From NCBI GenBank assembly GCA_016840095.1, contig JAEOSZ010000095.1, positions 46,060 through 110,059 on the forward strand: a DNA stretch of 64,000 nt. The letters are read 5' to 3'. Below the pieces are notes generated by a model that was not told where the DNA came from, did no database searches, and saw nothing but the letters and a program-made list of their open reading frames with translations. Source of the DNA: Candidatus Heimdallarchaeota archaeon. GTDB taxonomy: Archaea; Asgardarchaeota; Heimdallarchaeia; Heimdallarchaeales; Heimdallarchaeaceae. Below are positions 48,616 through 58,856 of the stretch, in pieces. Every line of letters starts with the position of its first letter. Position 1 is the first letter of the stretch. A program made the translations under genes and the position numbers.

Positions 48616-49962
48616 TTAACTGTTTCGAAGAGGGTTCAATCGAGAACTTTTTCTTTCTTTCAATGCTAGTATGAATACAGGAATCATTGCTATTATTCTT
48701 AAACAAGTGATAATGATTAAGAAGTTTCTAAGGAAGAGATCAAAACTCTCCAATGAAAGATCTAAGAATTTTGCAAATACTCCTGTTGAGAAATCGGATA
48801 TTAGTGATTTGGAAACCAGAGATACACTTGTTTTTGTGAAATGTTCGAATATTAAACCTGAGATAAAAGATCCTCCGAAGGTCAAAATTCCCAGAAATAG
48901 ATTGTATGTTCCACTATATGTACCCTTAATTTCAGGTTCAGCAAGATTGAGAATTTCTGTATTGAGTGCAGGATTGACCAAACCATTTCCAAGACCTCCG
49001 AAGAAGTTAGTTATTATGATAAGTGCCCAATGAGTACTATATGCTAAGGTAATCGGTACTAAACAGAGTGACATAAAACCAATGAAAATCATGGTTCTTC
49101 TACCTATTCTTTCTGCAATTTTAATGGTAAGAATATATCCTAAAGCCATACTTGCTGAAAATACAGCTGACAGTATTGCTACTGCTGCAGTACTAGGTTC
49201 CAATCTACTAAGAACAAATGGAGATAAAGGCCATAGTAAACTCATTGCTAGAAAATATGTCCATGTAGCACCACTGAAAATGACAAAAGATCTATTTTGA
49301 ACCAGTCTTCTAAGTGGGACAGATTTTCTTTTAATTTTCATTCTGTTTGTTTCGGATAAGGTTAGTATCAGTAAAGCTGCTAGAGCAAAAAATAAAGCTG
49401 CGACAAGAACCATTACTCTGTATTTTGTTTCAAGTTCTGTGTTTTTGAACTGGATAGCATCTGTGACAAATCCAAGAATAAGGAGTAACCCTGAAGAAGC
49501 TAAGGTTCCTACCATACTTAATTGGCTTATGACTTTTGATCTTGTTTTTTCAGTTGTAATATCACCCATAAGAGCATTCCAAGATGGAATAACCATACTA
49601 ATACCAATTGAATACAAACCAATAATGACCATAAAAATAACAGGTGATGTTAGAAAAGCAAGAGTCAATGTGCTTACTGTAGCAATAATGAAACCCAATA
49701 GTAGAATTAATTTTCTACCAATTCTATCAGATAGACGTCCAAAAAATCCTTGAAAAAGAGCTGATCCCAAATTCTGGATAGCTGTGATAAAAGACATTTG
49801 TATTGGTGTTGCTCCAACACCTACAGCTATTAAGGTAGCATAATTCCAGTAAAACTGTTGACCCCCAGCATTTGCAGCAGCAATTGTGTAGGTCTTCAAT
49901 TTGTCTTTCATGATTGATTTATCTTCAGATAAATCTTCGTCTAAATTTGACATTATGGTCAA
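48616..49962 (-). CDS. MFS transporter
   Basis: GRLSDRIGRK motif A; AERIGRR in the second half. Confidence 0.93.
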   Translation of the reverse strand: MTIMSNLDEDLSEDKSIMKDKLKTYTIAAANAGGQQFYWNYATLIAVGVGATPIQMSFITAIQNLGSALFQGFFGRLSDRIGRKLILLLGFIIATVSTLTLAFLTSPVIFMVIIGLYSIGISMVIPSWNALMGDITTEKTRSKVISQLSMVGTLASSGLLLILGFVTDAIQFKNTELETKYRVMVLVAALFFALAALLILTLSETNRMKIKRKSVPLRRLVQNRSFVIFSGATWTYFLAMSLLWPLSPFVLSRLEPSTAAVAILSAVFSASMALGYILTIKIAERIGRRTMIFIGFMSLCLVPITLAYSTHWALIIITNFFGGLGNGLVNPALNTEILNLAEPEIKGTYSGTYNLFLGILTFGGSFISGLIFEHFTKTSVSLVSKSLISDFSTGVFAKFLDLSLESFDLFLRNFLIIITCLRIIAMIPVFILALKERKSSRLNPLRNS

Positions 49963-50090
49963 GTGTCTGCTGATTGTCGTTTAAAAAATCTTATTATCGG
50001 TACCAATGAACAAGAAATTTGACGATAAGTTAATATAGAAATTAATTATTTTTCATAAGTCCAGTCAATTGATAAATTGAGGAAAGAAAA

Positions 50091-50768
50091 GTGACCAATA
50101 AGAAATTACTTTTTTCATTAGTTCTAATTGTATTAGCTTTAGATACAACTATTTTGACTCAAGCAAAGAGTACAACTGAAACAATCTTTGATGATTCAAC
50201 AACAGTTCAATGGGGATATATATGGGTAATAGAAGAAAAGATTCCTGCAAGTGATACTTCTGTAAGTGTTACTGTTAACTCAGATGAATTTGTAGAATTT
50301 TGGGTTGCTGATAAAGGAGATGCAGATAATTACATAAATGGTTTCGATATATGGGTTTACTTCTGGGAAGTTGATGTTCTATCTGAGACCTTCAATTTTG
50401 TGTTAGAAAATAAACAAACCTATGAATTTGTAATCGAAAATTATAATGCGGGAATGTTTGATGCATATGTAGATTTAACAATCACATTTACTTATGAGAC
50501 TACATACACTTGGATAATATTTGTGGTTCTAGGCGTTCTTGGAGCTGGTTTAGTAGTTTATTTAGTAACTCGTTCAAGAAGAAAATCCCCTACTTCACAA
50601 ACATATTCTTCTGGTCAAATTTATCAACCCGTAATGAGTTCAGATTACACAACTCAAGAAACATTGAAACCTCAAGGTTCTGCACTTACTAAATTTTGTT
50701 CATACTGTGGTGTTTCAATTGAGAGTGATGCTAGATTCTGTACAAATTGCGGGAGTCAAATAGCATAA
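50091..50768 (+). CDS. Type I membrane protein: beta-sandwich ectodomain, TM, cytoplasmic zinc ribbon
   Basis: Signal peptide; TYEFVIEN strand; TM; FCSYCG...FCTNCG. Confidence 0.78.
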   Translation: MTNKKLLFSLVLIVLALDTTILTQAKSTTETIFDDSTTVQWGYIWVIEEKIPASDTSVSVTVNSDEFVEFWVADKGDADNYINGFDIWVYFWEVDVLSETFNFVLENKQTYEFVIENYNAGMFDAYVDLTITFTYETTYTWIIFVVLGVLGAGLVVYLVTRSRRKSPTSQTYSSGQIYQPVMSSDYTTQETLKPQGSALTKFCSYCGVSIESDARFCTNCGSQIA

Positions 50769-50916
50769 CAATTATAGCGGAAATACGCTAAATTCTCTTT
50801 TTATCTGCTTCTAAAGACTTTGCTCTTTTATCTGCAAACACAGTTCTTACAGAAACTTTAAAAATGTGCATTCGTCACGAATGATTAAATTAAGACTATA
50901 TATCGAGGTTAAATAG

Positions 50917-53604
50917 ATGAAGTTATCTAAGAAATTACAGACTCTTATCACATTTACTTTAATTATAGGTTTGCTAACTGTTGGAACTATTTCCAAAGCG
51001 AGTAATAGTTTTGTTAAATTACAGCCACCTGTAGATGGAGAATGGGTTATATCAGGTTTGGAAATAATCACCACAGATGTAATAATTAATGGCTCTATTA
51101 CAATTGAAAATGGTGGAGAATTGAGGATTATAAACTCAACAGTAGACTTTCTGGCAAATGAATCCTTTTCATGCACAATTGAATTGTTGGATGGTGCAAT
51201 ATTTTATGTGGAAAATAGTTTATTAAGACCATCAAATGCACTGTATAATTTTACAATCTCTGCAACTGATGTGTCTAATACAACCGCTGCATCAACTGTT
51301 ACTTTCATAGATAGTTTTGTAGAGGATGCTACCATAATTAATATTCAGAATGCCGCTGACATCACTATCGATAATACAAATTTCTATAGAAGTCCAATTT
51401 ATCTGAAAAGTGGTCAAAACATAATAATCGATGATAGTGTTTTTGACTCTGTTGATACAGCTTTGGAAATTGTGTTTGGTAGTACTGTTGAAATCACTAA
51501 CAGTCACATAGATGGAGCAAATTATGGTTTGATTGCTACTATTGTAACTGATCTTTTTATTGATAATGTTGAATTTGATAGCTGCGCTGAGATTGGTATG
51601 AAAACAAATAACGTTGTAGGTGAAATTACTAACAGTGATTTCCATCATGGAATCCTAGGTGCAATGCTAGAGCAATCTGCCATAGCACTTACAAGTAGTA
51701 CATTCTGGAATCTTGATAATGGAATTGAAGCCATTAATTCTGTTAATCCAGTATTTTCCTACAATAACTTTACAACAATAACAGAGATTTGTATTGAAGG
51801 AGACAGCGCAGTTAATGCTGAAATATTAAATAACAGATTTGAAGACTGTTATCATGCTTTTGATTTCTTCAAATCACCTTCTCTTGTTCAAAATAACTAC
51901 TTTGATACACTAGAATATGGAGTTACTGGGCTGGATTCAGATAATACTTATATCCTAAACAATGAATTCTACTACATTGCTGAAGTTGCAGTTGAGCTAA
52001 CAGAATCCAGAAATTCAGAAGTATCTTCCAATATTTTCCTCAATGTTTCAACCGGTATAGGAATTATAACTGGTAGAATTATTGAAGTTGATGATAATCT
52101 TCTAACAAACGTTGATGAAGGCATATCAATAATTGCTACTAGACAAATAACATTGCTGGGAAATGTCGTCAATAATACAATTACAGGTCTCTATTTGGAA
52201 CAATCAAAGGATGCTATTATTACTGCAAATGGAGCAATTAATGCTCTGTATGGAATATCTATGTGGTCATGTGATTATGTAAATCTAGCAAGTAATGGTG
52301 TTTTTGACTCTGTATATGGTTTAAGTATCTGGTTTTCTGATAATATCCGTCTTCAAGGAAATGATGTGAATACTTCTGATATTGGAATTGTAGCTAGAAA
52401 CTCTGTTAATCTACAAATTAGAGATGGAACCTACAAAGAACTAACTAAAGGTCTACAAATAATAGGTTGCATCAATACAATCATTACTGGAAATACTTTT
52501 GATTTAATCACTGATGCAGCTATAACCTTAGATGGAAGTGATGGTTTTCTTGTATATAATAATAATTTCAGAACTGTTGGTTTTTATGGTGTAGTAAATG
52601 CTTGTTTAGGCTTCTATTATCGTGAAATTGAAGATGGAGTATATGCTGGAAACTATTATTTGAATGAACCAGGAGCCCCAGAAGTGTTAATTGACACAGT
52701 TACAATAAATACTATCGTTTATGAAATCAAAGATCTTTATCCTCTTGATAATCCATATACAGTTGTTCCAACAATTGAGTTTGTGAGAAGAGATATTGAA
52801 GATCCTCAAGATATAGATGATGTAGTAGTTGATTCTCAGATTTTTGTACCTTCAAATACAGAAGATGTTGTTGTATATCTTCAGTACTTACTTAATGATG
52901 CTTCAACTTGGACTAGTGTTGATATTACTTCCTCTGGAGTACCTGTTGGCTCTATTGGTGCAATTAATGCTTATTACGGAACTATTCCAGCTTTTGATTA
53001 CGACAATCTTGTTATCTATAGAATGATGGTAGAATACACTGATGAACTAGTAACAAAACAAGTTTTCACAGAAAATGATAGTTATGTAATATTACCTTCT
53101 GAATTCACACCTGTTTATATCGCTCCACCAGAGGTTAATATTCTAACAGTTGATGAGGATGGGAATGACGTAACTCAAGTAACTGAAACATTTTATGAAA
53201 ACGAAGATTATATGATTCAAGTAGTAATAGCAAACATTACAGATCTGGAAACAAGACTAGGGAAAAGTCATGTAAATATTACTTGGTCAGAATTTGATCC
53301 AAATACCAATATCACAACTGGTTTCACTGCTATAATGGATTATAATGGAACAGCATCAACTCCATACTATTACTTTGAATTTGGCAAGAAATTTGATGCT
53401 ACTGCAGAAATAGATTTCTATATTAGTGTAGTAGATATCAATGGAACTTTGTACAGAACTGTTAATAATTATACAATGTACATATCACCACCTGTTGAAG
53501 AAACAGGTTTCGATGCTCTAACATTACTCTCTATTGGTGCTACTTTATTACTAATTCAAGCTATTGTTGTCTTCAGAAGAAGACGAAGAAAACAAGAAGA
53601 ATAA
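50917..53604 (+). CDS. Right-handed parallel beta-helix (NosD/pectin-lyase-like) surface protein with C-terminal anchor
   Basis: Repeated I..N.F...GI units; ETGF, TM, then RRRRRK. Confidence 0.88.
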   Translation: MKLSKKLQTLITFTLIIGLLTVGTISKASNSFVKLQPPVDGEWVISGLEIITTDVIINGSITIENGGELRIINSTVDFLANESFSCTIELLDGAIFYVENSLLRPSNALYNFTISATDVSNTTAASTVTFIDSFVEDATIINIQNAADITIDNTNFYRSPIYLKSGQNIIIDDSVFDSVDTALEIVFGSTVEITNSHIDGANYGLIATIVTDLFIDNVEFDSCAEIGMKTNNVVGEITNSDFHHGILGAMLEQSAIALTSSTFWNLDNGIEAINSVNPVFSYNNFTTITEICIEGDSAVNAEILNNRFEDCYHAFDFFKSPSLVQNNYFDTLEYGVTGLDSDNTYILNNEFYYIAEVAVELTESRNSEVSSNIFLNVSTGIGIITGRIIEVDDNLLTNVDEGISIIATRQITLLGNVVNNTITGLYLEQSKDAIITANGAINALYGISMWSCDYVNLASNGVFDSVYGLSIWFSDNIRLQGNDVNTSDIGIVARNSVNLQIRDGTYKELTKGLQIIGCINTIITGNTFDLITDAAITLDGSDGFLVYNNNFRTVGFYGVVNACLGFYYREIEDGVYAGNYYLNEPGAPEVLIDTVTINTIVYEIKDLYPLDNPYTVVPTIEFVRRDIEDPQDIDDVVVDSQIFVPSNTEDVVVYLQYLLNDASTWTSVDITSSGVPVGSIGAINAYYGTIPAFDYDNLVIYRMMVEYTDELVTKQVFTENDSYVILPSEFTPVYIAPPEVNILTVDEDGNDVTQVTETFYENEDYMIQVVIANITDLETRLGKSHVNITWSEFDPNTNITTGFTAIMDYNGTASTPYYYFEFGKKFDATAEIDFYISVVDINGTLYRTVNNYTMYISPPVEETGFDALTLLSIGATLLLIQAIVVFRRRRRKQEE

Positions 53605-53679
53605 ACATTCTTCTTAATCTTTCTATTTTTTTAGTTTGCTTACATAGGAAAATAAATAAGGATATGTTTTTTCATTTAG

Positions 53680-54435
53680 ATGAAGTCTATGCATGGATTA
53701 CCTAAAGGAAAACGTAAAGTTTTCAAGAGAGAAAATGTTATTCAACAAGTTATTCTTTTCGCAATTATAGCAGCTTGTGTTGCTTATTCTTGGATCGTAA
53801 ATCTTGGCATTTTAAAGGTTTTATCAGTTTTAGCTATTGCTATAGTTGGAACTATGTTAATCACCTATTATATAATTGAATTCTTTTCTGGAGCTGGTTA
53901 TTCAGTAGCAAGTGCATTAAATGAGCTCGTATATTTATTTTTAGGACTTCCAATTCTGGTAATAGCTGCAGGATTTTTACCAGTCAGTATACTATTATCA
54001 TTCTTTGATCTTAGTTCAAAAACAGTTTTAACTGTTGTTTTTGTTTTTCTTGGTGTTCTAGAGCTTGGTGCTATATTGTTTTTAATAAATCGATATCTAA
54101 AAGATAGAAAAATGAACATAATACAATATACTAGATATGTTTTTAATTTTGAAGCCAGAAGGCAAGAAGCTGAAAGATTCAAAGAGCGAACAGATCAAAT
54201 TGATGGTTTTTACAGTGGTTTAACTAGGGTTGAAGATAAAATTGCAAAACGAATGGAAGAAAAATCAACAGGATTTGATCAATTCGATTGGAAAGACAAA
54301 GTAAATAGTCTTACTGGAAAGAGTAGTGCACAACAAGGAGCAGTTAGTGTTAAATGCTGGAATTGTGATGCAAGAAATGAGTTAGATGCACACTTCTGTA
54401 CTAATTGTTCAGCTCCATTAAAAAGAGATGACTAG
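53680..54435 (+). CDS. 4-TM membrane protein with C-terminal zinc ribbon
   Basis: CWNC-x3-N-x6-CTNC. Confidence 0.75.
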   Translation: MKSMHGLPKGKRKVFKRENVIQQVILFAIIAACVAYSWIVNLGILKVLSVLAIAIVGTMLITYYIIEFFSGAGYSVASALNELVYLFLGLPILVIAAGFLPVSILLSFFDLSSKTVLTVVFVFLGVLELGAILFLINRYLKDRKMNIIQYTRYVFNFEARRQEAERFKERTDQIDGFYSGLTRVEDKIAKRMEEKSTGFDQFDWKDKVNSLTGKSSAQQGAVSVKCWNCDARNELDAHFCTNCSAPLKRDD

Positions 54436-54453
54436 TCTCATCCTAAACTATTT

Positions 54454-55146
54454 ATGTTATATCATTTTTTTAATGGTGTAATGGGCTTGAGAAACCAAAC
54501 TAAATGTTGTTTAATCATCTTTGATTTTGATGGTGTACTTGCAGATTCCAAAGAAGCATATGCTATGCAGATGCAAGAAACAGTTGAGCACTTTTCAGGT
54601 AAAAAATTATCTGAAAATGTTTTCAAGGAAAGAGTAGGAAACACAGATCAAAAGCAAGATTTCAAAGAATTTCTAGAAAGTGATGATCCTGAATTATTAG
54701 ATTCCGCTATTCAATACTATGTAGATATTACTGATAAATTCTCATTCCTGAGAAGTCTTTATTCTGGTGTAAGAGAAACACTTGAGGAACTTAAAAAGAC
54801 AAATTATATTGGTTTAGTTTCCAGAAAATCTCAAGAAAGGATGGAAAAATGGCTCCAACATTTCAAGATAGCTCATCTTTTTGATAAACCCATTGGTACT
54901 CTAGAAAAATCGAAATCAAAAGCTATAATTCAGATTATGAATGAATTTGGAGTTCCAAATGATAGAACTATTATGATTGGTGATACAGAGTTCGATATTC
55001 AGAGTGCACAACAAGCTCATGTAAAAACTTGTTTTGCTTATTATGGAGCTGCTACTCCTGAGAAAGTTTTGAAACTTAATCCAGACTACATACTTCATAA
55101 CATCACAGAACTTGTATCTCTAGTTAATTCCTTAAAAGAAACATAG
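54454..55146 (+). CDS. HAD family hydrolase (phosphoglycolate-phosphatase-like)
   Basis: FDFDGVLADS, MIGDTEFDI. Confidence 0.92.
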   Translation: MLYHFFNGVMGLRNQTKCCLIIFDFDGVLADSKEAYAMQMQETVEHFSGKKLSENVFKERVGNTDQKQDFKEFLESDDPELLDSAIQYYVDITDKFSFLRSLYSGVRETLEELKKTNYIGLVSRKSQERMEKWLQHFKIAHLFDKPIGTLEKSKSKAIIQIMNEFGVPNDRTIMIGDTEFDIQSAQQAHVKTCFAYYGAATPEKVLKLNPDYILHNITELVSLVNSLKET

Positions 55147-55171
55147 ATTTGTCTGCCACAGATTTAAATAG

Positions 55172-56005
55172 ATGGTTTTTATCCAAAAAATGATGAAGGT
55201 AGGTTTTTTACAATTCCAACCAATACTGAAGGAAGTTGATACTAATATCGATAAAATATCAAAGTTAATTGAAAATACAAAAACCTTTGATTTAATTGTT
55301 ATTCCTGAATTAGCAAACTCTGGTTATGTTTTTGTTGAAAAAGATGAACTTGTGAAAACTTCTGAAGAAATTCCTACTGGATATTTTGTTGAAAAACTAA
55401 CCGAACTTGCAAAACAGAAGAATGGATACATAGTATGTGGTGTATGTGAAAAAGATGGTAATAAATATTTCAACTCTTCCGTTTTAGTAGGTCCAGAAGG
55501 GTACATAACAAAATATCGAAAGGTACACTTGTTTGATAGAGAGAAATTATTCTTCGAACCTGGAGATGGTCCCTTTAAACTTTACAGTATCAGAGGAATG
55601 AATCTTGGAATATTAATCTGTTGGGATTGGATATTCCCTGAAGCAACACGTAGTCTAGCTATTCAAGGAATGGATGTCTTAGCTCATTCAACTAATCTTG
55701 TTCTTTCTTTCTGTCAAACCGCAATGATCACAAGGTCTATTGAAAATCAAATTTTCACTATTACATCTAATAGGATTGGAATTGAAACAAATGGAGAGCA
55801 CAGTCTTCATTTCAAAGGTCATAGTCAAGTAACAACTCCGGATGCTAAAAGACTTGCACAAGCTAGCACTGATAAGGAAGAGGTACATATTGTTGATATT
55901 GATATCTCAAAAGCAAGAAATAAATGGTTAAGTGATAGGAATCATATATTTAAAGATAGGAAACCAGAGATGTATAATATTCTGATTGAAAAAAAAGAGT
56001 TTTAA
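55172..56005 (+). CDS. Carbon-nitrogen hydrolase (nitrilase family)
   Basis: E-K-C triad: IPEL, YRKVHL, ICWD. Confidence 0.93.
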   Translation: MVFIQKMMKVGFLQFQPILKEVDTNIDKISKLIENTKTFDLIVIPELANSGYVFVEKDELVKTSEEIPTGYFVEKLTELAKQKNGYIVCGVCEKDGNKYFNSSVLVGPEGYITKYRKVHLFDREKLFFEPGDGPFKLYSIRGMNLGILICWDWIFPEATRSLAIQGMDVLAHSTNLVLSFCQTAMITRSIENQIFTITSNRIGIETNGEHSLHFKGHSQVTTPDAKRLAQASTDKEEVHIVDIDISKARNKWLSDRNHIFKDRKPEMYNILIEKKEF

Positions 56006-56936
56006 ATTGCTAAAAACAGCTAGTGATGAGCTAATGAAAACTTCCCAAACAAAAGGTACTAAAAGTGCATACATACCTCATAAAGCTGCAGCTGAATTTC
56101 AGCCAACATACGATTGGTCTGAAGCTGAAGCTCAAGATTTATTTGATAATAGACTTTTTACCTTTGAAGTTGATAAAGTTCATTTTAGTGATTGTATTAG
56201 AGGAATGAAGAATCTCCCAGCTGAATGCATTGATATGATTATTGCTGATCCTCCTTTTGGTTTAGATTTTGGAGGGATGGAACCACTCTATAATCGAGAT
56301 AGTAATTTCGTAGCAGATGGATATAAGGATGTTCAAATTGAGAACTATATGGATTTTACAGATAAATGGATAAGTGAACTACCTCGTATTTTGAAGGATG
56401 ACGGAGGTGTCTGGATTTTCAGTGGATGGACAAATCTTGTTGACATCCTTAATGCTTTGCGGGATAACAATTTAACTTTAATAAACCACATTATATGGAA
56501 ATATCAATTTGGAGTTTTTACTAGAAGAAAATTCGTTACAAGCCACTATCATATATTGTATGCTGTAAAAAACGAAAAGAACTATTTCTTCAACAAAATT
56601 GAACATTATCCCGAAGATGTGTGGAATTTTAAGAGAGAATACGAACGAGGTACAAAGAAGAATGCCACAAAACTTCCTTTAGAAGTAGTTTTAAGGTGTA
56701 TTGATTTTGGAAGCAAACCAGGAGATTTAGTGCTAGATCCATTTATGGGTAATGGAACAACAGCTGTTGCTGCAAAAGGATCATTTAGACATTTTCTTGG
56801 TTTTGAGGTTAATCAAGAATTAATAGATATAATTTACCAAAGTAGAGAAAATACCTCATTAGGTGAGTTCTATATACCTTACAGTGATAAACCAGATGAT
56901 CTTGTAAGAAAAGCTCGAAAGAAGTTCAAAAAGTAA
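55986..56936 (+). CDS. Site-specific DNA methyltransferase (N4-C/N6-A, beta class)
   Basis: Motif IV ADPPF precedes motif I DPFMGNGTT. Confidence 0.92.
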   Translation: MKKKSFKLLKTASDELMKTSQTKGTKSAYIPHKAAAEFQPTYDWSEAEAQDLFDNRLFTFEVDKVHFSDCIRGMKNLPAECIDMIIADPPFGLDFGGMEPLYNRDSNFVADGYKDVQIENYMDFTDKWISELPRILKDDGGVWIFSGWTNLVDILNALRDNNLTLINHIIWKYQFGVFTRRKFVTSHYHILYAVKNEKNYFFNKIEHYPEDVWNFKREYERGTKKNATKLPLEVVLRCIDFGSKPGDLVLDPFMGNGTTAVAAKGSFRHFLGFEVNQELIDIIYQSRENTSLGEFYIPYSDKPDDLVRKARKKFKK

Positions 56937-56955
56937 TTATCACTTCAATTACTTT

Positions 56956-57171
56956 CTATTCTTTGTGGTATTTGAAACTTAATTTCACTTTAGCTCTATA
57001 TGCTACTATTAAACCATCCTTGATTCTTGCATCCAATTTGTCTACTTCTACTACTCGAATATCTCTTATTGATTTTGAAGCTTGGGCTACTGCTACCTGT
57101 ACAGCTTCTTCCCAGCTGTTTGGAGATGATCCAACTAATTCAATAATTTTGTAAACTTTGTCGTCATCCAT
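56956..57171 (-). CDS. Dodecin family protein
   Basis: VYKIIELVGSSPNSWEEA...YRAKVKLSF. Confidence 0.95.
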   Translation of the reverse strand: MDDDKVYKIIELVGSSPNSWEEAVQVAVAQASKSIRDIRVVEVDKLDARIKDGLIVAYRAKVKLSFKYHKE

Positions 57172-57389
57172 TTTATATCCTTCTTTGTATTGTAACTACT
57201 AAAACAGTCTCAAGTTTTATTTAAAAATTTGTTGTGTAATTTTCGAAATTTGTTGATTGAAGCTAGATATTATAAGGAACCTTACAAATCAAAATTTGTT
57301 TAAGATGGTGCAAGTTGCCAATAAAAAGACACTTACAAATTATCTCTTTTTCTAGGGTGTCCAAAATTCTGAAAACGGAGAAATTGAAG

Positions 57390-57413
57390 AAGAAAACTCA
57401 GATTAGTTTTCTT
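57390..57413 (-). terminator. Stem-loop just downstream of the M20 peptidase gene
   Basis: AAGAAAACT-CAGATT-AGTTTTCTT, a 9-bp stem. Confidence 0.35.
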
Positions 57414-57418
57414 TTCTC

Positions 57419-58822
57419 TTATTCTATCTTTCCTAAAAATTCCTTAGCTAAATTGTAATAAACTTTGAGTGAGAGTTCAATTGTTTTCAAACCAATCTTT
57501 TCATCCACCCCATGTGACATCCCGAAAATTTGTTCTATAGTCAATTCAGGATCATACAAAGCAAAACCATAAGCATCAATATTCTTCATCCTATAGAATC
57601 TTCCATCTGTTCCTCCCATAGAAAGCATTGGAACGAGTTTCGCTTCCGGAAATTCTTTTTGTATAGTTTTGTTCAAAACTTCCACAAATGGTGAGCTTGC
57701 AGGACTTACAGTTCCCTCAGCAAAAAAGCCTTCTTCTCCAAGTAGTTTGGTAATTTCCACTTCTTTGGCTAGTTTTCCTAAGGCTTTTTTAATATGAAAT
57801 TTCACATACTCAAAATCTTGATCTGGTAGTGTTCTAATATCTAAGTTGATATGAACATCAGTGGGAATGATATTTGTCTTTGTGCCACCTTTAATGACAT
57901 TTGGAGATATTGTCATTCTAGTTAAACCATGGATTACTGTAGCCATTTGGGGATCAATTTTATGTAACAATTTTAACATGAAGGGTAAGGTAATTTTAGA
58001 AGTGACAAGTTTTCTAAGAAAGAAATTAACTCCAACTTCCTTCAAGAGATTCTTAACATACTGAGTGTCAACTGGCATTTTTTTATCAGTATATTTAGTT
58101 AATTTAATAGCAGCTTCAGATGCTTTTAGAATAGCGTTATCCGTTTTATAAGGATAGCTTCCATGTCCTGCTGTTCCTTTGAATTTTATACTAGACCACA
58201 TAGAACCTTTTTCTCCATGCAGAAATATCAGTCTGTTTGGTGCGAATGTGATACCACCTGACTCAATGATAGAGTACATTTTTTTGTTATTCAATCCAAC
58301 TTCTTCAGGGTGGTTATCCAACATCCACTTTGCCCCTAATTCACCACCAGTTTCTTCATCTGCTACAATAAAAAGTAATAAATCACCCATTGGTTCAAAT
58401 CCTTCTTTCTTGAGTTGGATAAAAGCTTGAATCTGTGTAGCTACCATGAATAACATATCAAATGCTCCTCTTCCCCAAATATACCCATCCTTTCTTTCAC
58501 CTGAAAACGGATCAATCTGCCATTTCTCGGGTTGTGTAACCGGTACAACATCAACATGACTTGGTCCAAATATCAAACCAGGAGAATTCTTATCAGATCC
58601 TGAAATACTAGCTACTAGATTACCTCTTCCTGGTGCTGATTCATAAATTTTAGATTCTATACCGTATTTCTTTAGGTGCTTTTCTATAGTTTTTATAGAT
58701 TTCATCTCATCTCCAGGAGGATTTACACATTTATTCTGTATTAGAGTTGAAAGTAAATCATATGTTTCTTCTAGTACTTCTTTCTTCAAAGAATCACCAG
58801 TAAAAATCGCTTCTATAGCCAA
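57419..58822 (-). CDS. M20/M25/M40 family metallopeptidase
   Basis: SHVDVVP, WGRGAFDM, ADEETGG, GGTDGR, HGVDE. Confidence 0.93.
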   Translation of the reverse strand: MAIEAIFTGDSLKKEVLEETYDLLSTLIQNKCVNPPGDEMKSIKTIEKHLKKYGIESKIYESAPGRGNLVASISGSDKNSPGLIFGPSHVDVVPVTQPEKWQIDPFSGERKDGYIWGRGAFDMLFMVATQIQAFIQLKKEGFEPMGDLLLFIVADEETGGELGAKWMLDNHPEEVGLNNKKMYSIIESGGITFAPNRLIFLHGEKGSMWSSIKFKGTAGHGSYPYKTDNAILKASEAAIKLTKYTDKKMPVDTQYVKNLLKEVGVNFFLRKLVTSKITLPFMLKLLHKIDPQMATVIHGLTRMTISPNVIKGGTKTNIIPTDVHINLDIRTLPDQDFEYVKFHIKKALGKLAKEVEITKLLGEEGFFAEGTVSPASSPFVEVLNKTIQKEFPEAKLVPMLSMGGTDGRFYRMKNIDAYGFALYDPELTIEQIFGMSHGVDEKIGLKTIELSLKVYYNLAKEFLGKIE

Positions 58823-58856
58823 TTAAATCTTGCTATTAGACATCTCTCTTTGATGA

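Noticed and set aside
48671-49753. Plus-strand ORFs of 120, 72 and 104 aa
   Set aside because: Antisense shadows of the MFS gene. The same applies to the other short nested ORFs (e.g. 2978, 7018, 8388, 22644, 22925, 44002, 51292, 57861).
50795-50835. Near-direct repeat CTCTTTT(T)ATCTGC, two copies
   Set aside because: Only two copies in a T-rich terminator zone; not a CRISPR array.
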